64,000 nucleotides of DNA from positions 306,337 through 370,336 of the forward strand of contig JADKGE010000003.1 of NCBI GenBank assembly GCA_016717115.1. Reading direction: 5' to 3'. Positions 25,615 to 35,212 of the stretch are shown here, piece by piece (position 1 is the first letter of the stretch; every line of letters begins with the position of its first letter). The notes beneath the pieces were generated by a model. The model made no database searches. It saw only the letters and a program-made list of their open reading frames with translations, and was not told the origin of the DNA. The position numbers and the translations under genes were made by a program. The stretch comes from Actinomycetota bacterium (GTDB lineage: Bacteria; Actinomycetota; Actinomycetes; S36-B12).

Positions 25615-27045
25615 ATGCCCGAACCGGAGCCCAGCCGGTCACCGCTGCCGTCGGCTGTCGGTGACGACCTCGGTCTCGGTCTGACCATCCCCGGGCGCGG
25701 ATCCGTCGATGAAGCCGGCCGCCGACAGGTCCATCCGATCTCACCGCTCGTCCATGGGGTGGGTGCCCTGCCCATCGGTTTCGTCATCGTGTTCGCCATG
25801 TCGGCGGGCGCCTTCGGGAGGTGGGGGCTGTCCGCGGGCGCGGTGATCGTCCTGCTCCTGATCGCCCTTCCCCTCGTCGTCGGGGCGTGGTCATACGTCG
25901 GCTGGCGGAACCTGTGGTTCTGGTTCGACGAGGACGGCGACTTCCGCGTCGACTCGGGCGTGCTGACCAAGCAGCAACGTCGCCTGCAGCTCAGCCGGCT
26001 CCAGTCGGTCGACGTGGCTCAGCCGCTCGTCGCGCGCCTGTTCTCGATGGCTGAGCTCACCGTCGAGGTGGCGGGAACGCAGGGCTCCCGGGTGAAGCTG
26101 CAGTTCCTTCAGCTCGCCGATGCTCGCGCCCTGCGGAGCGAGCTGCTGGCGCGAGCCGCCGGACTACGGCACGACGTGGGCGAGGCGCCCGAGGAGCCCG
26201 TGGCCACCGTGGCCCCACGCGACCTCGCCGTCTCGCTCCTGCTGCGCACGACGACCGCCTTCCTGCTCCTGCTGACCGCTGTGATCGTCGTCGGGACCGT
26301 CTGGAGCAGCGGGTGGGGTGGGCTCGTCCTAGCCCTGTTCACCGGTGGCCTGCCCGTGCTCATGGTCGTCGCCGAGTTCATCAAGTACTTCAACTTCACC
26401 GTGAGTCGGTCACCTGACGGGCTCCGGCTGCGGTTCGGGATGGCGAAGACGGAGACGCGCACCGTGCCGCCAGGTCGGGTGCAGGCCATCGAGTACGTCG
26501 AGCCGCTCCTGTGGCGGCACTGGGGATGGGTGCGCCTGCGGGTGAACATCGCCGGCGTCGGCGGCGAGGACTCGGGTGGTCAGAAGGAGGAGACGATCCT
26601 CGTCCCCGTGGCGACGCGAGCGGTGGCCGATGACATCGTCCAGCGGGTGCTGCCCGGTCTTGATCTGGGCGCTCTCAGCTGGACGACCGCGCCCGAGCGG
26701 AGCCGGCGGCGTTCTCCCATCCAGTGGCGCAACCTGGGCGTGGCGTGGGACGGATCGGTGTTCGCCACGCGCTGTGGTCGGCTCACCCGGCGCCTCACGG
26801 TGATCCCTCATGCCCGCACCCAGTCGGTCCGACTCACTCAGGGACCCTGGGAGCGCGCCCTCGATCTCGCGAGCGTCCACGTCGACTCGACACCCGGCCC
26901 GGTCAAGGTCTCCGGCCTGCACCTCGATGCGGTGGCCGCGCGAACGATCGCCGACGAGCAGTCGGCCCGTGCCGAGCGGGGTCGGTCCGAGGACCGGTCC
27001 ATTCGCTGGGCGGCAGGAGACGACGGCGACGACGCCGGTCCGTGA
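25615..27045 (+). CDS. PH-domain repeat (YdbT-like) membrane protein
   Basis: ATG 25615 lies 2 nt after the upstream stop. Repeated bPH_2-like units (LQLSRLQSVDVAQPLVARLFSMAELTVEVAG; GRVQAIEYVEPLLWRHWGWVRLRVNIAG; ARTQSVRLTQGPWERALDLASVHVDS). The track ORF start 25153 was rejected. Confidence 0.75.
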   Translation: MPEPEPSRSPLPSAVGDDLGLGLTIPGRGSVDEAGRRQVHPISPLVHGVGALPIGFVIVFAMSAGAFGRWGLSAGAVIVLLLIALPLVVGAWSYVGWRNLWFWFDEDGDFRVDSGVLTKQQRRLQLSRLQSVDVAQPLVARLFSMAELTVEVAGTQGSRVKLQFLQLADARALRSELLARAAGLRHDVGEAPEEPVATVAPRDLAVSLLLRTTTAFLLLLTAVIVVGTVWSSGWGGLVLALFTGGLPVLMVVAEFIKYFNFTVSRSPDGLRLRFGMAKTETRTVPPGRVQAIEYVEPLLWRHWGWVRLRVNIAGVGGEDSGGQKEETILVPVATRAVADDIVQRVLPGLDLGALSWTTAPERSRRRSPIQWRNLGVAWDGSVFATRCGRLTRRLTVIPHARTQSVRLTQGPWERALDLASVHVDSTPGPVKVSGLHLDAVAARTIADEQSARAERGRSEDRSIRWAAGDDGDDAGP

Positions 27046-27051
27046 CGTCGC

Positions 27052-28092
27052 TCAGCCGGACGCAGCCATCTCCGCACCGATCGCGGTGGCGAAGGCGTCG
27101 ACGTCGCTCTCGCTGGTGTCCCAGGAGCACATCCACCGCACTTCGCCGGTGCCCTGATCCCACGTGTAGAACCGGAAGCGCTCCTGGAGCCGGGCGGTGA
27201 CATCGGTCGGGAGCACGGCGAAGACCGCATTGGCCTGCACCGGGCGCACCACGGCCACACCCGGGATCTGCCGTACGCGCTCCTCGAGCAGGCGGGCCAT
27301 GGCGTTGGAGTGCCGGGCGTTGCGCAGCCACAGATCGTCGGACAGGAGCGCCACCAACTGCGCGCTGATGAAGCGCATCTTGCTCGCGAGCTGCATCGAG
27401 GACTTGCGGAGGAAGTCGACCCCGGGTGCGGCCGCCGGATTGAGCACGATGACCGCCTCACCCAGCATCAGGCCGTTCTTCGTGCCGCCGAACGACACCA
27501 CGTCGATGCCGGCGTCGGTGGTGAACTCGCGCAGTCCGGTGCCCAGGGAAGCCGCGGCATTCGCGATACGGGCTCCGTCGATGTGCACTCCCATGCGCAT
27601 CGAGTGCGCGTGGTCGGCGATGACGGCGACCTCATCGACCGAGTACAGGGTTCCCAGCTCGGTGGACTGGGTGATGGTGACGGCGCCGGGCTGGGCCCGA
27701 TGGACATCGCCGAATCCCCAGGCCTGGAGGTCGATCAGGTCGGGAGTGATCTTGCCATCGGGTGTCGGGATCGTCCACAGCTTGAGTCCGGCCCCATGCT
27801 CGGGCGCGCCACCCTCGTCGACGTTGACATGTGCCGTCGCGGCGCATACGACGGCTTCCCACCTGCGGGTCATGGCCTGCAGCGCGACCACATTCGCGCC
27901 AGTTCCGTTGAAGACGGGGAAGATCTCCGCGATCGGACCGAAGTGGTCCTTGACGAGGTCGGTCAGCCGGGTCGACGTCGCATCGTCGCCGTACGCCACG
28001 TCGTGCCCGACGTTCACCTCGTTGATGGCGGCCATCACCTCGGGGTGGATCCCCGCGTAGTTGTCGCTCGCGAAGCCGCGCCACGTCGTCAT
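27052..28092 (-). CDS. ltaE: Low-specificity L-threonine aldolase (PLP, beta-eliminating lyase fold)
   Basis: MTTWRGFASDNYAGIHPEVM...GTGANVVAL...SFGGTKNG (PLP lysine). ATGA overlap with the SDR stop. Trimmed from the 650-aa track ORF. Confidence 0.85.
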   Translation of the reverse strand: MTTWRGFASDNYAGIHPEVMAAINEVNVGHDVAYGDDATSTRLTDLVKDHFGPIAEIFPVFNGTGANVVALQAMTRRWEAVVCAATAHVNVDEGGAPEHGAGLKLWTIPTPDGKITPDLIDLQAWGFGDVHRAQPGAVTITQSTELGTLYSVDEVAVIADHAHSMRMGVHIDGARIANAAASLGTGLREFTTDAGIDVVSFGGTKNGLMLGEAVIVLNPAAAPGVDFLRKSSMQLASKMRFISAQLVALLSDDLWLRNARHSNAMARLLEERVRQIPGVAVVRPVQANAVFAVLPTDVTARLQERFRFYTWDQGTGEVRWMCSWDTSESDVDAFATAIGAEMAASG

Positions 28093-28799
28093 GCGGAAGC
28101 CGTCCCCGTCGTCAGGTCGAGGCGGGTGCCGTTGTCGATCGGCGTCGTGGCGGCGTGGGCGATGGCTGACGCAAGATCGCGCACATGGGTGTACCCCGGC
28201 CAGGACTTCTCCGGGTCGGCCGCGACCATCCGGTCGGTCAGGAGCGCCTTGACGGCGACCGTGACCGATGCTGACGCGGTGCCCCGGAAGTAGTCGGCCA
28301 CGCCCTCCATCCACGCCTCGGCTGCGCGCTTGGCCGCCGCGTAGGCGATGTTGCCTGCCGTGGGTGTGGCGGCAGCCGTGCTCGTGACCATGAAGATCCG
28401 CCCGGCCTCGGCCGACTTCACGGTCGGGCCGAAGACAGCGGTCAGGGAGGCGAGGGTGCCGACCACGGGCGGGTGGAGGGCGTTCCAGTTGTCGACCGAC
28501 GTGAGGCCGAGGCCTGGAGAGCCGCGCCAGCCGCCGACGAGATGGACCACGACGTCCGCCCGGCCAAGGCGCGCGACCACGTCGTCGTGCAGGGCAACGA
28601 CGGCGGTGACGTCGAGGAGATCGATGCCGTGGGCTTCGGCGGAGCGGCCCCCGGCGGTCACGGTGTCGGCGGCGGCCTGGGCGGACTCCAGCCGGGAATC
28701 CAGGATCACGACATGGAAGCTCTCGGCCGCCAGGGCGAGCGCGGCCGCCTCCCCGGCTCCGCCTGCTCCGGCGACGATGGCTACTCGGCCCGCCGTCAC
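28089..28799 (-). CDS. SDR-family oxidoreductase
   Basis: VTAGRVAIVAGAGGAGEAAALALA (Gly-rich NAD(P) motif), TSTAA...YAAAKRA (S...YxxxK). The GTG start overlaps the upstream TGA (GTGA at 28796-28799). Confidence 0.8.
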   Translation of the reverse strand: MTAGRVAIVAGAGGAGEAAALALAAESFHVVILDSRLESAQAAADTVTAGGRSAEAHGIDLLDVTAVVALHDDVVARLGRADVVVHLVGGWRGSPGLGLTSVDNWNALHPPVVGTLASLTAVFGPTVKSAEAGRIFMVTSTAAATPTAGNIAYAAAKRAAEAWMEGVADYFRGTASASVTVAVKALLTDRMVAADPEKSWPGYTHVRDLASAIAHAATTPIDNGTRLDLTTGTASA

Positions 28800-30901
28800 G
28801 CGGTGATCCCCGACGTGGCATCGATCGTCGTCGCCAGCTTCCGCTGGAGCGCGTCGTAGAAGACGTTGAGCGGGAACTCGTCCGGAAGCACGACGTCGAC
28901 CATAGCCTTCGGCTCCCCGTCGAGGGGAAGAGCCTGCGGGCCCTGGGCCCACATGGACAGCGGGTGCGGCTCGACCAGCGCGCTGACGAACTCGTGGGCG
29001 GCAATCCACTGGGCCACGCGCGATCGACCTATGCCGCCTCGGTAGAGGGCATCGACCTCGTCGCACAGCGCGATCATCGAATCGTTCACGCGGAACCAGT
29101 CGATCGTCAGCATGTTGTCCGTCCAGTGGAGAACACCGTCGCGGTGCAGCCAGGCGAAGATGATCTGGCCGCCGAGGCCGTCGTAGTTGCGCACGCGCGA
29201 GCCGGTGATCGTGAAGCGGAACAGTCGGTCGAACAGGATCGCGTAGCGGATGAAGCGGCCGAGGTGGATCTCCCGGGTGTCCAGGGCGATCGTCTCGCGG
29301 AACGTTGACAGGTCGCAGCGGAGCTCCTCCAGCGCGTACATCCAATAGGGCATCCGCTGCTTGATCATGAAGGGGTCGAAGGGCAGATCGCCGTGACTGT
29401 GAGTGCGGTCGTGGATGAGATCCCACAGGACGAACGTCTCCTGCGCGAGGCGCTGGTCGTTCAGGAGCAGGTCGGCGTCCGGAGGGAGGGAGAGTCGCAG
29501 GGTGTCCGCGGCGGCGCGTGACACGACGCGGAACCGCGCTGCCTCGCGGTCGCAGAAGATGCCGCCCCAGTGGAAGTCGGCCGTCTCGCGTGTGGCCACC
29601 GTCTCGGGGAACAAGACGGCCGAGTGCGTGTCGTACCCGCCCGTGAAGCCGACGAACTCGATGGGCACGAACGCCGCATTGACGTGGGAGCGCTCTTGCT
29701 CGGCGAGCCAGTCGGGCCAGAACGTCCGGACGACGACCGCTTCCAGGTTCCTGTTCGGGTTGCCGTTCTGGGTGTACATCGGGAAGACGGCGAAGTGCTC
29801 GATGCCGTCCTCACGTCGCATGTCGGGCCGGAAGAGCACAAGGGAGTCCAGGAAGTCCGGAACCGCGAATCCTCCCGCGGCCCAGGACTGCAGGTCGACG
29901 ATGGTCGCGGCCAGGTGGTCGGCCTGATGGGAGAAGCGCGGGGCGAGGGCCGCGATGGCCGACACCATGGTGTCGACGTACCCGCGTGCCGTGTCCGCGG
30001 AGTGCTCGGCGAGGTCGATCGAGCCGTCCTTGGCCTGCATGGGCCGCAATGCCTCGATGGCTCCGACCAGACTCGCCCAGGCGGCGTCGCCGTCGATCCA
30101 TGCGGCGGTCGATGCTGCCTGCGTGGGGGTGCAGGCGACGCGTCCACCCGCCGCCCACGTGACGATGTTCAGCCAGAGCTGCTCATGGCCGAGGGCAGTG
30201 ATCGAGTCGTCGCCGAAAAGATCCGAGTCCGACACGACGACCACGCGGCCCGCCGTGCCGGTGCTGGTCATGAGGAGGCCGGCGCGTGCCGGATCGGCCT
30301 CGTTCGACGTCTGCGCGACCGTCTCGATCACCGTGCCGTCGTCGTCGGCCACGGATCGCAGGGTTCCCGCCCGGTAGAAGCAGGCCTGGCCCACGCGGGC
30401 GGTGAGGTCGTGGCGCGCGCCGGGGATCAGATCGGCGAGCACCCAGGTGGGCACGTCCTTGTACGCGTGCGCAGGGTCCTGCACCGTCGTGCTCTCGATC
30501 TCGATGCCGAAGATGCCGGCGAGTTCGGCGAAGTTGTTGCCGTACTTCGCCTGCTCGGTCTCCGCGAGGATCACCACTCCTCCGCCCCCCGCGACGAAGC
30601 GCTTGATGGCCTTGATCTCCGGGAGGGTGAGACGCGGGTAACCCGTGCCCGTGGTGCGCTCCCACTCGTCATCGGCGGCATGCGGGATCACCAGGACGTC
30701 GGTGTCGGCGAGGGCCCGGTCGTCGACCGTGCCTTCCGCGTGGACGACGACGTCGAGACCGCTGCTGGCCAGAACGGCAGCAGCCCGCTCGTAGGACGCA
30801 TCGGCGGGGTTGACGGGATTCATCCGCGAGGCCACGTCGGACCGCGTGGACCACGCCTGACGGTGGGACTCGTCAACAAGGACGCGGGCAATCGGGCGCA
30901 T
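28796..30901 (-). CDS. Uncharacterised 701-aa two-domain protein (N-terminal flavodoxin/GATase1-like domain; C-terminal domain with HDxxH...EELRCD motif)
   Basis: Clean non-repetitive ORF with RBS GGAG upstream. N-domain DVLVIPHAADDEW...IKAIKRFVAGGGGVVILAE...VVVVSDSDLFGDD. C-domain DLIHDRTHSHGDLPFDPFMIKQRMPYWMYALEELRCD (coordinates 29312-29413). I cannot name the family with confidence. Confidence 0.8.
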   Translation of the reverse strand: MRPIARVLVDESHRQAWSTRSDVASRMNPVNPADASYERAAAVLASSGLDVVVHAEGTVDDRALADTDVLVIPHAADDEWERTTGTGYPRLTLPEIKAIKRFVAGGGGVVILAETEQAKYGNNFAELAGIFGIEIESTTVQDPAHAYKDVPTWVLADLIPGARHDLTARVGQACFYRAGTLRSVADDDGTVIETVAQTSNEADPARAGLLMTSTGTAGRVVVVSDSDLFGDDSITALGHEQLWLNIVTWAAGGRVACTPTQAASTAAWIDGDAAWASLVGAIEALRPMQAKDGSIDLAEHSADTARGYVDTMVSAIAALAPRFSHQADHLAATIVDLQSWAAGGFAVPDFLDSLVLFRPDMRREDGIEHFAVFPMYTQNGNPNRNLEAVVVRTFWPDWLAEQERSHVNAAFVPIEFVGFTGGYDTHSAVLFPETVATRETADFHWGGIFCDREAARFRVVSRAAADTLRLSLPPDADLLLNDQRLAQETFVLWDLIHDRTHSHGDLPFDPFMIKQRMPYWMYALEELRCDLSTFRETIALDTREIHLGRFIRYAILFDRLFRFTITGSRVRNYDGLGGQIIFAWLHRDGVLHWTDNMLTIDWFRVNDSMIALCDEVDALYRGGIGRSRVAQWIAAHEFVSALVEPHPLSMWAQGPQALPLDGEPKAMVDVVLPDEFPLNVFYDALQRKLATTIDATSGITA

Positions 30902-30940
30902 GGTTACTCCGACCGTGGAGAGGGATAATCGTCGAAAATC

Positions 30941-30969
30941 AGGCTAACAGACAGGAAAACTCGCGGCAA
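30941..30969 (-). promoter_or_regulatory. Candidate promoter of the 701-aa/SDR/ltaE operon
   Basis: Minus strand: TTGCCG, a 17-nt spacer, then TAGCCT. It sits in a locally AT-richer 120-nt leader region. Confidence 0.3.
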
Positions 30970-31022
30970 TCGGCGACATTCGACGCCTGTCATCCCGAAT
31001 CGCACCCGGCGGCGGGCCATCG

Positions 31023-31253
31023 TCACGGCGCGGGTGGATCCATCGTGCGCAGGCGGCGCCAGGTGTAGGCGCCCGCCGCGATGATGAGGCCGAACGCGAG
31101 CGTCAGCAGGATGGTCACGACGTCCCAGCCGAAGGCCACGATGCGGACGACCGCGGCCCCTCCCATCATCAGCGCGGCGAACGCCTGAAGGAACAGGGAG
31201 AACCTCAGTTGGCGTCGAGCCGAGGCCGGGCTGGGGGAGTATCCGTCGGACAT
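31023..31253 (-). CDS. Small two-TM membrane protein (hypothetical)
   Basis: 76 aa: MSDGYSPSPASARRQLRFSLFLQAFAALMMGGAAVVRIVAFGWDVVTILLTLAFGLIIAAGAYTWRRL. Two clear hydrophobic helices. Confidence 0.5.
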   Translation of the reverse strand: MSDGYSPSPASARRQLRFSLFLQAFAALMMGGAAVVRIVAFGWDVVTILLTLAFGLIIAAGAYTWRRLRTMDPPAP

Positions 31254-31279
31254 GGCCGAATCCTGTCACGCGCGGGCAG

Positions 31280-31882
31280 TCAGGGCCGCTGAGCGCTGCC
31301 GGCGTTCCAGCAGGTGATGACATGGTGCTCATGCTCGGAGCCGAGAGCCGACAGGCGGGCGGGACCGAGAGCGAACAGCCGTCCGTCGATGGGGGTCAGG
31401 CCCAACCACCGCGCGGTCAGGATGCGCAGGACGTGCGCGTGTGCGACGAGCACGCAGTCGCGGCCCGAGTCCAGTACGGGCAGGCACCGCTCGATGACCC
31501 GGTCCACCCGCCGGCCGACGTCCGGCAGCTGCTCGCCCGGCGTTTCTCCCGCCGGCACCGGGTGATCCCACACCAGCCAGTCGGGATCACCCAGGAGCAC
31601 GCGGATCTCGGCCGTGGTCAGCCCCTCCCATGCGCCGTAGTCCCACTCGCACAGGTCGTCGGTGATGTCGTCGGGCACCAGTCCGGCGGCGCGAGCGGTG
31701 TCCCGTGCCCGCTGCATGGGGCTGCACAGGATCAGGCCCGGGTGGATGGCGCCCACCTCAGGGGCGAGTGACTCCGCGTTCGCCATGCCGTCGGCTGTCA
31801 GTGGGATGTCCGTGCGTCCGGTGTGGCGACCGACGCGGCTCCACTCGGTCTCGCCATGCCGGATCAGCCAGATGTCACTCAC
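31280..31882 (-). CDS. Histidine phosphatase (phosphoglycerate mutase) family protein
   Basis: VSDIWLIRHGETEWS has the RHG catalytic motif, and AHAHVLR is also present. GTGA overlap with the upstream gene. Trimmed from the 494-aa track ORF. Confidence 0.8.
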   Translation of the reverse strand: MSDIWLIRHGETEWSRVGRHTGRTDIPLTADGMANAESLAPEVGAIHPGLILCSPMQRARDTARAAGLVPDDITDDLCEWDYGAWEGLTTAEIRVLLGDPDWLVWDHPVPAGETPGEQLPDVGRRVDRVIERCLPVLDSGRDCVLVAHAHVLRILTARWLGLTPIDGRLFALGPARLSALGSEHEHHVITCWNAGSAQRP

Positions 31883-32922
31883 GAGACCCGCTCCCTTCGG
31901 CGTCGCTCCCAGGTGAAGATACCCAGCGCGCCGAGGCCTGCGAGGAGTTGCGGCAGAAACCAGACCAGTCTCCAGATGAGGTCGGCCGCGATGGCCGTCG
32001 TCGACGTGGCCCCGAACTGGCGCAGCAGCAGGACGAGGGCTGCGTCGACGGTGCCCAGCCCGCCAGGCGTGATCGGGAAGCTGGTGAGCAGGAGGGCGAT
32101 GGCGTAGGCGGCGAACACCTCGACCCAGCTGAGCGGATCGGGAAAGGCGCCGAGTCCGGCGACGGCGGCCACCAGCACGAAGTACGGCATGACCTGAGCG
32201 GCCACGTTTGTCAGGGTGAGCGTCTTCCAGCGCTGGGCCACGCGCCCGCTCGCCTGCGCGTTGCACTCGGTCAGCCGGGCCTCGGTGTCGGGCGGTGTCC
32301 TCCGGAGCAGGCCCCACACCCGGGTGGCGGGCTTCTGCAGCCAGGCGCCGAGGCGGCGGGCCGAGTCGGCGCTCCGGAGCACCGATGCGATGGCGATGAT
32401 CGACGCCACGACGACGAGCAGGCCGACCATGGCCAGCGTCGTGTACCCGGCGGCGGACCTTCCCTCGGCGACGAGCAGGCCGACGGCGAGAGCGGGCGTG
32501 CCCAGCACCATGAGATAGGTCCAGATCGCGTCGGCGGAGACCGCGGCCGCGGCAGCGTTCGCTTTCACGCCGTAGAACGACAGGATCGAGAACTGCGTCC
32601 CGACCGCCACCGCGCCCCCGCCGGGTATCACGTTGCTGATGAGGAAGCCGGACTGCCGATCGACGAAGGCGTGCCGGTAGGGGAGTCCGGGGATGGCCGC
32701 GGTCGCGGTGAACGGGTACACGAGGATGTTCGCGAGTCCCGTCACGGCGAGAGCCCCCAGCCACAGGGGCGGGATGGATCGCAGTTCCTCGAGCGCCTGC
32801 TCGTACGTGCCGAGCTGCGGGAACAGGAACGCGAACACGGCGATCATGACGGCCAGGCCGACCGCGAATGCGATGACGGTGGACCTGCGGCTGCGACGAC
32901 GGGGCTCCGAAGGCGTCGTCAT
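31879..32922 (-). CDS. YbhN / lysylphosphatidylglycerol-synthase-TM-region family membrane protein
   Basis: 347 aa, about 8 TM helices. FLISNVIPGGGAVAVGTQF and ITPGGLGTVDAAL are typical of the UPF0104 flippase-like family. Confidence 0.6.
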   Translation of the reverse strand: MTTPSEPRRRSRRSTVIAFAVGLAVMIAVFAFLFPQLGTYEQALEELRSIPPLWLGALAVTGLANILVYPFTATAAIPGLPYRHAFVDRQSGFLISNVIPGGGAVAVGTQFSILSFYGVKANAAAAAVSADAIWTYLMVLGTPALAVGLLVAEGRSAAGYTTLAMVGLLVVVASIIAIASVLRSADSARRLGAWLQKPATRVWGLLRRTPPDTEARLTECNAQASGRVAQRWKTLTLTNVAAQVMPYFVLVAAVAGLGAFPDPLSWVEVFAAYAIALLLTSFPITPGGLGTVDAALVLLLRQFGATSTTAIAADLIWRLVWFLPQLLAGLGALGIFTWERRRRERVS

Positions 32923-33104
32923 GCTACCCAGCGTAGAACGGGCGCCCCCGCAGAGCGGATTTCGCGATCCGCCGCCCCCGCCCGTACACTCGACACGTCA
33001 CTACGCCGTAGTGGCTGATCATCAGGCGCGTGTTGCGCCGCTTGCGAGTCTTGCTTTTTCTTGTGGTCGAACCAGGGCTACCCATTCAAGACGCGCCAGT
33101 CGTC

Positions 33105-34430
33105 ATGAATGGACGTTTACCCATGCACGCCGTGCCCACCTTTGCCGAACTCGGCATCTCCTCCCCTCTCGTCTCCGCGCTGAAGCGTGGAGGCATCGAC
33201 GCGCCCTTCCCCATCCAGGTGGCGACGCTCCCGGACGCGATCGCGGGCCGTGACATCCTCGGTCGAGGACAGACGGGCTCGGGCAAGACCCTGGCCTTCG
33301 GCCTGGCTCTGCTCACGCGGCTCACGGGCCGACGCGCGCAGCCTAAGCGGCCCCTCGGCCTCGTGCTCGTGCCGACGCGCGAACTCGCCATGCAGGTCAG
33401 CGACGCACTCACCCCGCTTGCACACTCGGTCGACCTCAGTGTCCGCCTGATCGCCGGCGGGATGCCCTACTCGAAGCAGATCCGCAGCCTGGAGCGCGGC
33501 GTGACGATCCTGGTGGCCACGCCCGGCCGGCTCGTCGACCTCGTCAACCGGGGTGACCTTGACCTCTCCGAGGTCGCGATCACCGTTCTCGACGAGGCCG
33601 ACCAGATGGCCGACATGGGATTCGTGCCGATCGTCCGCGAGATCCTCGACATGACGAAGCCCCGAGGCCAGCGCCTCCTGTTCAGCGCCACCCTCGACGG
33701 CGATGTCGACGCTCTCGTCCGCACGTACCTGCGCAACCCCGCGACCCACTCCACGGCACCCGTGCATGCGCAGATCGACACCATGGACCACCACGTGCTG
33801 CTCGTGCATCCCGCCGACAAGGACATCGTCACGGCCCAGATCGCCGCACGCGACGGTCGCACCATCTTCTTCATGAGGACCCAGGCCGGCGTCGACCGGC
33901 TGGCCGGCCAGCTGGCCGCCCAGGGCGTTCCCGTCGGAGCGCTGCACGGTGGCAAGACCCAGGCCGTGCGCACGCGCACCCTCGAGGCGTTCCGCAACGG
34001 GGACACCCCCGCCCTGGTGGCCACCGACGTCGCGGCTCGCGGCATCCACGTCGACGGCATCAGCCTCGTCGTGCATGTCGACTCGCCCACGGATCCCAAG
34101 GACTACCTGCACCGCGCGGGCCGTACGGCGCGCGCGGGTGAGTCGGGCACTGTCGTCACGCTCGCCTCACCGAAGCAACAGCGCATGGTCTCTTCCCTGA
34201 CCAAGCGCGCCGGCGTCGACGCCGACGTGTCCCGGGTCCGTCCCGGAGACCAGACCCTCACCGACGTGACCGGCGCCCGGCAGCCCTCGGGCGTGCCGTG
34301 GATCGCGCCGGCCGCCCCGGCCAAGCGCACCTATTCGTCGCGTCCCGGCTCAAGCCGTCCCGGCTCGTCCGGCCGCGGACCGGGCCGCCCCGGCCGCTCG
34401 TCCGGCCCTCGCCGGCACCAGTCCCGATAG
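33105..34430 (+). CDS. DEAD-box ATP-dependent RNA helicase
   Basis: Q-motif FAELGISSPLVSALKRGGIDAPFPIQ, Walker A GQTGSGKT, VLDEADQM (DEAD), SAT and HRAGRTARAG motifs, Ser/Gly/Arg-rich tail. Start uncertain (33105 or 33123). Confidence 0.92.
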   Translation: MNGRLPMHAVPTFAELGISSPLVSALKRGGIDAPFPIQVATLPDAIAGRDILGRGQTGSGKTLAFGLALLTRLTGRRAQPKRPLGLVLVPTRELAMQVSDALTPLAHSVDLSVRLIAGGMPYSKQIRSLERGVTILVATPGRLVDLVNRGDLDLSEVAITVLDEADQMADMGFVPIVREILDMTKPRGQRLLFSATLDGDVDALVRTYLRNPATHSTAPVHAQIDTMDHHVLLVHPADKDIVTAQIAARDGRTIFFMRTQAGVDRLAGQLAAQGVPVGALHGGKTQAVRTRTLEAFRNGDTPALVATDVAARGIHVDGISLVVHVDSPTDPKDYLHRAGRTARAGESGTVVTLASPKQQRMVSSLTKRAGVDADVSRVRPGDQTLTDVTGARQPSGVPWIAPAAPAKRTYSSRPGSSRPGSSGRGPGRPGRSSGPRRHQSR

Positions 34431-34463
34431 CCGCGGCGCCGCGCACCTAGGTGGCGGCAGCGG

Positions 34464-35174
34464 TCAGGCGTCGAGTTCGGGGCGTTGGTCCCCGGCCACG
34501 TCGATCTCGGGCGACTGCGTCCTGCCGATACGGCCCGTGGCTCGAAGGCCGTAGCCGACGGCTGGGCCGATGAGCACGGCGAACAGCACCGTGCCGACAC
34601 CGACCGTGCCGCCGAGCAGCCAGCCGACGACGAGAACGAGGGCCTCGATACCCAACCGGACCGCGCTGATGGGCCAGCCAGTGGCGACGTGGATGCCGGT
34701 CATCCAGCCATCGCGCGGCCCGGGACCGAGGTTGGTCGTGAGGTAGAGGCCGCTGCCCACGCCGATCAGCACGATGCCGCCGAGGACGAAGCCGAGCCGG
34801 GCCAGAGGGTGGGAGGGTGACGGAAGGACGACGACCATCACCTGCAGGGCGAGGGCGATCACGACCGCGTTGGTGATCGTGCCGACACCGGGTCGCTCCT
34901 TGAGCGGTATCCACAGCAGAAGGACCAGTGTGCTGATCGCGAGCGTGGCCAGACCGATGCTGATCGGCAGCCGGACGCTCAGGCCCTCGGCCAGCACGGT
35001 CCAGGGACTCACGCCGAGCGTCGACGCGACGAGGAGCGCCTCGCCGGTGCCGAACAGCCACAGGCCCGCGCAGAGAATGACGAACGTCATGGGACCGGTG
35101 CGCCAGCGGGAGACCGAGCGCCAGCGGGTAACGGGCACGGTCCGCGAGGGGCGCAGGAACGACAGGCGGGACAT
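34464..35174 (-). CDS. YczE-like polytopic membrane protein
   Basis: Trimmed to ATG 35174 (MSRLSFLRP...). GLWLFGTGEALLVASTLGVSPWTVLAEGL is a pattern seen in the COG2364 family. Confidence 0.5.
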   Translation of the reverse strand: MSRLSFLRPSRTVPVTRWRSVSRWRTGPMTFVILCAGLWLFGTGEALLVASTLGVSPWTVLAEGLSVRLPISIGLATLAISTLVLLLWIPLKERPGVGTITNAVVIALALQVMVVVLPSPSHPLARLGFVLGGIVLIGVGSGLYLTTNLGPGPRDGWMTGIHVATGWPISAVRLGIEALVLVVGWLLGGTVGVGTVLFAVLIGPAVGYGLRATGRIGRTQSPEIDVAGDQRPELDA

Positions 35175-35212
35175 CCGAGGAGTGTGGCCTACGCGTGCGC
35201 TGACCTCGTGAC

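Noticed and set aside
28093-29426. Long N-terminal extensions of the track ORFs 27052..29004 and 28089..29426
   Set aside because: Both extensions are low-complexity Arg/Pro-rich and lie inside better-supported genes in other frames. Internal starts 28092 and 28799 give 4-nt overlaps typical of coupled operons.
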